A stretch of 64,000 bases of DNA, taken from an uncultured Actinomycetota bacterium (GTDB lineage Bacteria > Actinomycetota > Actinomycetes > Actinomycetales > Dermatophilaceae). Where the stretch lies: positions 412,167 to 476,166 of the forward strand of contig CAVXOC010000003.1 in assembly GCA_963763315.1 (NCBI GenBank), read 5' to 3'. Each line of letters begins with the position of its first letter. Position 1 is the stretch's first letter. The notes below the pieces were generated by a model, which searched no databases, was not told where the DNA came from, and saw nothing but the letters and a program-made list of their open reading frames with translations. Positions 56,251 to 64,000 of this stretch are shown one piece after another. A program made the translations under genes and the position numbers.

Positions 56251-56823
56251 TCACGCGTCCCGACCGGGCCCGAGCGGGAACCGCCCCAGCACCGCGTACC
56301 GCGGCCGCCCGTTCCGGCCCTGACCGAGGTGCGACTCGACGAGGGTGAGCTGGCCCGCGGTCCAGGGCGGGCCGGCATACGGCTCGAGCACCCGGACCCA
56401 CCGTGTGGCGTCGGCCGGCCGTGGCAGGCGGGCCAGCGTGAGGTGGGCGCGGAACCGGCCCCCGTCGGGAGCGGCGCCCGACTTGGCCGCCACACCACGG
56501 ACCGACCTGGCAAGCGCGGGCAGGGCGCCGGCGGGATCCTCGACACCGCACCAGAGCACCTTGGCGCGGGCGACGTGCGGGAAGCAGCCCACCCCGGCGA
56601 CCCGCAGCTCCAGCGGGGCGGCCCGGCGCGCGGCCCGCGCCAGCCGCTCCTCGAGCTCGTCGACGTGGCGAGGATCCACCGCCGCCATGAACGCAAGCGT
56701 GAGATGCCACTGGTAGGGGTCGGTCCACCGCAGGTCGTGGCCGGCCTCGCGCCGGGGGCCGAGATGCTCGGCAAGGTCCTCCAGGACCTCCTCCGGAGGG
56801 ACGATCGCGACGAAGAGGCGCAT
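56251..56823 (-). CDS. thpR: RNA 2',3'-cyclic phosphodiesterase (2H family, ThpR/LigT)
   Basis: From ATG 56823: MRLFVAIVPP...WHLTLAF...RAHLTLAR. These are the two HxT/SL motifs. The 788-aa ORF-track call is a high-G+C read-through antisense to the GTPase gene. Confidence 0.85.
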   Translation of the reverse strand: MRLFVAIVPPEEVLEDLAEHLGPRREAGHDLRWTDPYQWHLTLAFMAAVDPRHVDELEERLARAARRAAPLELRVAGVGCFPHVARAKVLWCGVEDPAGALPALARSVRGVAAKSGAAPDGGRFRAHLTLARLPRPADATRWVRVLEPYAGPPWTAGQLTLVESHLGQGRNGRPRYAVLGRFPLGPGRDA

Positions 56824-56889
56824 ACCCCGAATATGCCCGATGACATGCGGTGATCCCTCCCGAGGCGCAGGACCCGATGTCGTTACTCT

Positions 56890-58611
56890 GTGGGCGTGGG
56901 CGAGGTGGAGGCTGGCGCGAGCGCGCTCATCGACGCCGTCTCTCGGCTGCGGGACGAGGTCGGCGCAACCGTTTTCGGTCTCGACCTGCCCGGTGCCGAC
57001 CGGGCCCGCGCCGCCCGCCAGGAGCTTCTGGACCAGCTCGACGACTACATCCTCCCGCGGCTGCGCTCGCTCGACGCGCCTCTCGTCGCCGTCGTGGGAG
57101 GTTCCACCGGCGCCGGCAAGTCCACCCTGGTCAACTCGATCGTCGGGACCGAGGTGAGCCGCTCCGGCGTCATCCGGCCGACCACGACGAGTCCGGTCCT
57201 GGTCCACAGCCCCGACGACGAGCACTGGTTCACCGGGACCCGTATCCTGCCCGGGCTGGCCCGCGTCACCGGCCGGCCACCGGAGGAGCCCCAGGCCGGC
57301 ACGGTGCGCCTGGTCCGCTCGAGCGACCTGCCGGCCGGGATGGCCCTGCTCGACGCCCCCGACATCGACTCGGTGGTTCGGGGCAACCGTGAGCTGGCCG
57401 CCCAGCTCCTGGCCGCGGCGGACATGTGGCTCTTCGTGACCACGGCCGCGCGGTACGCCGACGCCGTGCCTTGGGACCTGCTGCGCACCGCCTTCGAGCG
57501 CGGCACGGCCGTGGCCATCGTCCTCGACCGCGTGCCGCCCGAGGCCATCGACGAGATCCGTCCACACCTGGTCGAGCTGCTGCGCGACCAGGGCCTGGTG
57601 ACAACGCCCGTCTTCACGATCCCCGAGACGACCCTCACGGCCGACGGGACGCTGCCGGACTCCGCGACGACCCGGCTCACGGCCTGGCTGCACGCCCTCG
57701 CCGGCGACTCGCGGGCCCGCTCGATCGTGGTCAACCAGACCCTCCACGGCGCCGTCGCCTCGCTCGGCGACCGCACGGCGCACCTGGAGAGCGCCAGCGC
57801 GGAGCAGGCCGCCGCCCGGTCCGACCTCGTCAGGACGGCTGCAGCCGAGTTCCACACCGCCGAGGCCGGCGTGCGGGACGGCATGTCCGACGGGACCCTC
57901 CTGCGCGGGGAGGTTCTGGCCCGCTGGCAGGAGTTCGTCGGGACCGGAGAGCTCTTCCGCCAGGTCGAGTCGACGGTCGCCCGGGTGCGCGACCGCCTGA
58001 CCGCCGCGGTGAAGGGAGAGGTCCAGCCGACCGGGCAGCACCTCGACGAGGCCTTGCACACCGGTGTGGCCGCTCTCCTGCGGGCTCACGGCGACACCGC
58101 CACGATGGCGGCGGCCCGCGGCTGGCGCGGCCTGCCGGGCGGCGCCGGGCTGCTCGACGCACACCCCGACCTCGCCCGGCCGTCCGCCGGCTTCGACGAG
58201 CGCATCGAGCGGCTGGTGCGCGACTGGCAGGGCGAGGTCCTCGACCTCGTCCGCGGCGAAGGGGGAAGCCGGCGCACCAACGCCCGCATCGCGGCATACG
58301 GTGTCAACGGCATCGGGCTCTTCCTCATGCTCGTGACGTTCGCGCACACCGCGGGCCTCTCCGGAGCGGAGATCGGGATCGCCGGGGGGACGACCGTGCT
58401 GGCCCAGAAGGTGCTCGAGGCGATCTTCGGCGACCAGGCCGTGCGCGACCTGGCGGCCAAGGCGCGCCGCCTGCTGCTCGACCACGCCGACGAGCTGTAC
58501 ACAGCCGAGCTGGGCCGTTACGTCGCCGCCGTGGACGAGCTCGCGGTCTCGACCGAGCAGGCCGGCCGGCTGGCGGACGCCGCCGAGGCGGTCAGGGTGG
58601 TCAACCGATGA
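56890..58611 (+). CDS. Dynamin-like / YfjP-type GTPase domain protein
   Basis: VAVVGGSTGAGKSTLVNSIVG (P-loop), RPTTTSPV, LLDAPDIDS (G3-like), followed by a long helical C-terminal region. Confidence 0.75.
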   Translation: MGVGEVEAGASALIDAVSRLRDEVGATVFGLDLPGADRARAARQELLDQLDDYILPRLRSLDAPLVAVVGGSTGAGKSTLVNSIVGTEVSRSGVIRPTTTSPVLVHSPDDEHWFTGTRILPGLARVTGRPPEEPQAGTVRLVRSSDLPAGMALLDAPDIDSVVRGNRELAAQLLAAADMWLFVTTAARYADAVPWDLLRTAFERGTAVAIVLDRVPPEAIDEIRPHLVELLRDQGLVTTPVFTIPETTLTADGTLPDSATTRLTAWLHALAGDSRARSIVVNQTLHGAVASLGDRTAHLESASAEQAAARSDLVRTAAAEFHTAEAGVRDGMSDGTLLRGEVLARWQEFVGTGELFRQVESTVARVRDRLTAAVKGEVQPTGQHLDEALHTGVAALLRAHGDTATMAAARGWRGLPGGAGLLDAHPDLARPSAGFDERIERLVRDWQGEVLDLVRGEGGSRRTNARIAAYGVNGIGLFLMLVTFAHTAGLSGAEIGIAGGTTVLAQKVLEAIFGDQAVRDLAAKARRLLLDHADELYTAELGRYVAAVDELAVSTEQAGRLADAAEAVRVVNR

Positions 58612-60275
58612 GCCCACTGCGCCGGGGTGCGGCGACCGTCCCCGTCCCGTCGGCGGAGGACCTGGCCACGGCCGGCAGCGAGCTGGAGGCCGCGGTCGAG
58701 TCCGGCGGTACGCAGCTGCCGAGCGCCGCCGCCGCCCGTGCCCGTGCCGTGACGGACAAGATGCGGGCCCGCACCTCCCAGCCAGGGGCGCATACCGTCG
58801 TCGCCCTCGCGGGCGCCACCGGCTCGGGCAAGTCCTCGATCTTCAACGCCCTCGTCGGAGCCGAGGTGGCGGCCATCGGGGCCCGCCGCCCGACCACCGC
58901 TCATCCCACCGCGGCGATCTGGGGGGATGAGCCGGTCGGCCCGCTGCTGGACTGGCTCGGGGTCACGGCTCGCCACCACGTCGACGCTGCCCGCCCGGTC
59001 CCGTCGGCGACTGTTGCCGCAGGCCTGGCCGGCCTCGTGCTGCTCGACCTTCCCGACTTCGACTCCCGCGAGCTGTCGCACCGCGACGAGGCGGAGCGGA
59101 TCCTCGAGCTCGTCGACGTGTTCGTGTGGGTCACCGACCCCCAGAAGTACGCCGACGCGCGCCTGCACGATGACTACGTGGCGGCCCTGGCCACACACGA
59201 CGCCGTGATGATGGTCGTGCTCAACCAGGTCGACCATCTCGACGAGGCCGGGGTGGCCGCCTGTACCGAGGACCTGCACCGGCTCATGGTGCGCGACGGG
59301 TTGCGCGACGCGGCGGTCCTGGCCACCTCGGTGCCCACCGGCCGCGGGATCGAGGAGCTCCGTCAGCGGCTCGCCAACGCCGTCGCCGCGGCCAACCTCG
59401 CCCGCGCCCGGCTCGCCGCCGACATCCGGGCGGCCGCCCGGCAGCTTCGCCCGGCCGTCGCCGACACCGAGCCCGATCTCGCGTCCTCGGCGAGGGCCCA
59501 GCTCGTCGACAGCCTCGTCAAGGCTGCCGGCGTCCCCGTGGTCGTCACCGCCGTCGACCGCGACTACCGCATGGAGGCGGCGCGCCGGACCGGGTGGCCG
59601 TTCACCCGGTGGGCCGGCGCCCTGCGTCCCCGGCCCCTGCGCCGGCTGCACCTCGACACCGACCGGGCTGAGATCTCCGCCTCGGACGTCCGCTCCGTAC
59701 TGGGCCGCTCGTCGCTGCCCCCGCCCACGCCCGCGGCGCGGGCCGGGGTCACCCTGGCGACCCGGCGGCTTGCCGAGCAGGCCGGCTCCGCGCTGCCGCT
59801 TGCCTGGGCCGACGCCGTCTCCGACGCCGCCACGCCCAGCGGGCCCGATCTCACCGACACCCTCGACCGCGCCGTTGTCGGCACCTCGCTGCGCGAACGC
59901 CAGCCGATGTGGTGGAAGGGCGCGAACTGGCTCCAGGTCGTCCTCGCGGTCGCCGCCTTCGTGGGGCTGGGGTGGGTGGCCGTCATCATCGCGCTGGGGT
60001 GGCTGCAGTTCCCCGACGTCCGGGCCCCGCTGTGGGGCCCGTTCCCGGTGCCCTTCCTCCTCATCGCCGGGGGACTGCTGGCCGGGGTGCTGCTCGCGCT
60101 CCTCGCCCGGCTCCTCGCCCGCTTGGGGGGCCGGCGCCGGGCCACGGTGATGGAGAGGCGGCTGCGCGAGTCGATCACCGAGGTCGCCGACGAGCACATC
60201 ATCGGACCGGTCGAGGCAGTGCTCGAGCGGCACCGGGAGACCCGCGAGCACCTCGAGCGGGCAGCCGCGGTCTGA
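58608..60275 (+). CDS. Dynamin-like GTPase domain protein with a C-terminal membrane hairpin
   Basis: ATGA overlap with the upstream GTPase. VALAGATGSGKSSIFNALVG (P-loop), RPTTAHPT, LLDLPDFDS, NQVDH (NKxD-like). There are two hydrophobic helices near the C-terminus. Confidence 0.75.
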   Translation: MSPLRRGAATVPVPSAEDLATAGSELEAAVESGGTQLPSAAAARARAVTDKMRARTSQPGAHTVVALAGATGSGKSSIFNALVGAEVAAIGARRPTTAHPTAAIWGDEPVGPLLDWLGVTARHHVDAARPVPSATVAAGLAGLVLLDLPDFDSRELSHRDEAERILELVDVFVWVTDPQKYADARLHDDYVAALATHDAVMMVVLNQVDHLDEAGVAACTEDLHRLMVRDGLRDAAVLATSVPTGRGIEELRQRLANAVAAANLARARLAADIRAAARQLRPAVADTEPDLASSARAQLVDSLVKAAGVPVVVTAVDRDYRMEAARRTGWPFTRWAGALRPRPLRRLHLDTDRAEISASDVRSVLGRSSLPPPTPAARAGVTLATRRLAEQAGSALPLAWADAVSDAATPSGPDLTDTLDRAVVGTSLRERQPMWWKGANWLQVVLAVAAFVGLGWVAVIIALGWLQFPDVRAPLWGPFPVPFLLIAGGLLAGVLLALLARLLARLGGRRRATVMERRLRESITEVADEHIIGPVEAVLERHRETREHLERAAAV

Positions 60276-60285
60276 CGCCGCGGGC

Positions 60286-60360
60286 GCGAGGGCGGTGCTC
60301 GGGTATGCCGCGCGCGACGGTGCTCGCATATGCCGCCCGCGACGGTGCTCGGGTATGCCG
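60286..60360. repeat. Three tandem 25-bp repeats in the GTPase / ssb-paralogue intergenic region
   Basis: gcgagggcggtgctcgggtatgccg / cgcgcgacggtgctcgcatatgccg / cccgcgacggtgctcgggtatgccg. The CGGTGCTCG anchors are exactly 25 bp apart (60293, 60318, 60343). Confidence 0.7.
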
Positions 60361-60507
60361 CGGTCGGGTTCTCCACAGGGCGGCATCCCGGCGACGGTCG
60401 TCCACAGACCCAGCGGCGGGGCTGGATCGGCCACCGGCCGCCCGCCCAGTCTGGTGCTCTCGCGAGGCGCCGAACGCGCCCGGCCGCACACCCGAGGAGT
60501 GGAATCC

Positions 60508-61104
60508 ATGAACGAGAGCTATGTGACGATCCAGGGCCGGCTGGTCGCCGACCCCGACCTCAAGCAGACCAGGACCGGCATCCCGTTCGCCGCGTTCCGG
60601 GTCGCGTCGACCGTGCGCCGGCCGGCATCCGGCGGCGGCTTCCAGGACGGCCCGACCAGCTTCTTCAACGTCAGCGCCTTCCGCTCGCTGGGGGCCAACG
60701 CCGCGCACTCGCTGCACAAGGGCGACCCGGTCACCGTGTACGGCCGGCTTCGGGTCAACCAGTTCACCCGCTCCGACGGCACGCTGGGGACCACCGCCGA
60801 GGTGGACGCCTACTCGGTGGGTCACGATCTCACCTATGGAACCACCGCGTTCGAGAAGGTGAGCCGGGCCCAGTTCGGGGCCGCCGACCGGCTCGGCGAC
60901 CCCAACGTCCAGGCGGCCTTCGACGCGCAGGGGGCCGTCCCGGAGGGTGTCGTCCCCGACGGTCCACCACCGCTGAGCGGCCCGCCGGCGCTCGGCGACC
61001 CCGAGACCGACCCGTACGAGGTGGAGGAGGGTCCCGACGGCCCGGAGTCGCCTGCCGTCGTCCGCTCGGACGGCGAGGGGGACGGGACCGAGTCGGCCGC
61101 CTGA
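60508..61104 (+). CDS. ssb: Single-stranded DNA-binding protein paralogue
   Basis: From ATG 60508: NESYVTIQGRLVADPDLKQTRTGIPFAAFRVAST...FFNVSAFRSLGANAAHSLHKGDPVTVYGRL is an OB fold. It has a Pro/Gly/Asp/Glu-rich tail ending ...GDGTESAA, without the canonical acidic-hydrophobic tip. Confidence 0.85.
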   Translation: MNESYVTIQGRLVADPDLKQTRTGIPFAAFRVASTVRRPASGGGFQDGPTSFFNVSAFRSLGANAAHSLHKGDPVTVYGRLRVNQFTRSDGTLGTTAEVDAYSVGHDLTYGTTAFEKVSRAQFGAADRLGDPNVQAAFDAQGAVPEGVVPDGPPPLSGPPALGDPETDPYEVEEGPDGPESPAVVRSDGEGDGTESAA

Positions 61105-61293
61105 CCGTCGCCGTCCGGGCGGCTCCGGAGGCGACGCACCCCGATGCCCGGCGGCCACCCACGAGGAGCCGCCAGGCGGAACGCTGGGCACCGGCGGACC
61201 GTGGAGGGGGACTGCGGGAGCGGCGGGGGGCCGCTGCGGCACGGACGTGAATGGATTCGGGGCGGAGGCGCCGAACTCGCTAGCCTCTTGACC

Positions 61294-62976
<1,683 letters not shown>

Positions 62977-63084
62977 GGGCAGGCTGAACTGCGGCGACCC
63001 ACCGCCAGCCTCCGCGCGACCGGTGCGAGCTCTCCGCCGCCGACCGCCGCCGCGCGCCGGGGGCGGTCTCGCTAGGGTGAGGCG

Positions 63085-64000
63085 GTGACCGAGCACCCGC
63101 TGCCCGCGCCTCACGTGGTCTCCGTGGTGGTTCCCGTCTACCAGGGGGAGCGCACCCTCCCGGCGCTCATGGCCGAGATCGTGCCCCTGGTCGGTGGCGC
63201 GACCAGCCCGGCGGGACGGGCGTGGGTCGTCACCGAGGTGCTGCTGGTCCACGACAACGGCCCGGACCGGTCCGACGAGACGATCCGGACGCTCGCCGCC
63301 ACCTACCCGTGGGTGACACCGGTGTGGCTGAGCCGCAACTTCGGCCAGCATGCGGCCACCCTCGCCGGCATGGCCGCGTCGGGGGGCGAGTGGATCGTCA
63401 CGATGGACGAGGACGGCCAGCACGACCCGGCGCGGATCGGCGAGATGCTCGACGTCGCGATGGCCGAGCGGGCCGACATCGTCTACGCCAGGGCGACCAA
63501 CGAGCCGCCGCACGGGGTCGTCCGCAACCTCGCGTCCCGGTCCGCCAAGAGCCTGGTCCGCCGCCTCTCGCCCGGTGCCCCGACCGAGTCGTTCAACTCC
63601 TACCGCTTCGTCCTCGGTGAGGTGGGCCGCAGCGTCGCCGCCTACGCCGGCGCCGGCATCTATCTCGACGTCGCCATCGACTGGGTGGCGCGCCGGTCGG
63701 CTCAGTGCCCCATGCCGATGCGGACCGAGGGGCAGCGCGCCTCCGGCTACTCGGCGCGCACCCTCATGTCGCACTTCTGGCGGCTGGTCCTCAGCAGCGG
63801 CACTCGGCCGCTGCGCTGGGTGAGCGGCCTGGGGATGGCCTTCGCCGTTCTCGCCGTCCTCGCCAGCGTGGCCCTGGTCGTCGGCCGGGTCACCGGCAGC
63901 TGGGTGTACCCCGGCTGGACCTCGACCATCGTCGTCATCCTCTTCTCCACCGGCACCGTCCTGTTCGGGCTGGGAGTCATCGCGGAGTACATCGGGGTCG
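63085..64000 (+). CDS. Glycosyltransferase family 2 (bactoprenol/dolichol-phosphate sugar transferase-like), 3' end outside the window
   Basis: My own translation from GTG 63085: VSVVVPVYQGERTLPALM...LLVHDNGPDRSDETI...SRNFGQHAATLAGMAASGGEWIVTMDEDGQHDP, followed by C-terminal TM helices. It is open to the window end and is not in the ORF track because no stop is reached. Confidence 0.8.
   Translation, partial: MTEHPLPAPHVVSVVVPVYQGERTLPALMAEIVPLVGGATSPAGRAWVVTEVLLVHDNGPDRSDETIRTLAATYPWVTPVWLSRNFGQHAATLAGMAASGGEWIVTMDEDGQHDPARIGEMLDVAMAERADIVYARATNEPPHGVVRNLASRSAKSLVRRLSPGAPTESFNSYRFVLGEVGRSVAAYAGAGIYLDVAIDWVARRSAQCPMPMRTEGQRASGYSARTLMSHFWRLVLSSGTRPLRWVSGLGMAFAVLAVLASVALVVGRVTGSWVYPGWTSTIVVILFSTGTVLFGLGVIAEYIGV

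Noticed and set aside
56251-58617. 788-aa ORF-track call on the minus strand.
   Set aside because: Only the last ~190 codons (from ATG 56823) encode a recognisable protein (ThpR, with two HxTL motifs). The upstream part is antisense to the GTPase gene.

Overview
This window is a very high-G+C actinobacterial chromosome segment. The gene order (clpS-DUF2017, murI-MBL-rph-rdgB, ssb paralogue-ettA) is typical of Actinomycetota; I cannot name the species.

The flanks are conserved housekeeping genes. On the left are pncB, clpS, DUF2017, murI, rph, rdgB, tRNA-Leu and bcp. On the right are tRNA-Lys, copC, tRNA-His, orn, a PrsW protease, tRNA-Arg, thpR, two GTPases, an ssb paralogue, ettA and a GT2 glycosyltransferase.

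Between them lies a ~39-kb mosaic genomic island at 12847..52062, integrated into the 3' end of tRNA-Lys(CTT). It is delimited by a perfect 43-bp direct repeat. An intact tyrosine integrase abuts the tRNA. A decayed second integrase sits just outside the distal repeat, which points to tandem accretion of elements at this tRNA.

The island cargo is:
- a PucR-regulated ureohydrolase / aminotransferase / mmsA catabolic module, bracketed by two relics of the same transposase-like sequence;
- a lower-G+C, ROK-regulated ABC-transporter locus of amino-sugar or Amadori type, with an unusual enzyme set;
- a cell-envelope/miscellaneous block;
- four complete IS elements (IS256, IS5, IS1634 and IS1380 families), each with readable terminal inverted repeats (IRs) and flanking direct repeats, plus one IS256 relic;
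- several pseudogenes.

I found no CRISPR array, rRNA or recognisable defence system. The most unusual items are:
- an XRE-HTH-like insertion inside the integrase catalytic domain, present in both the intact and the decayed copy;
- the kinase-less amino-sugar-type locus;
- a 63/64-bp tandem array next to tRNA-Arg;
- a 25-bp triple repeat upstream of the ssb paralogue.

All functional calls come from reading the translated ORFs and recognising motifs. No database search was run.
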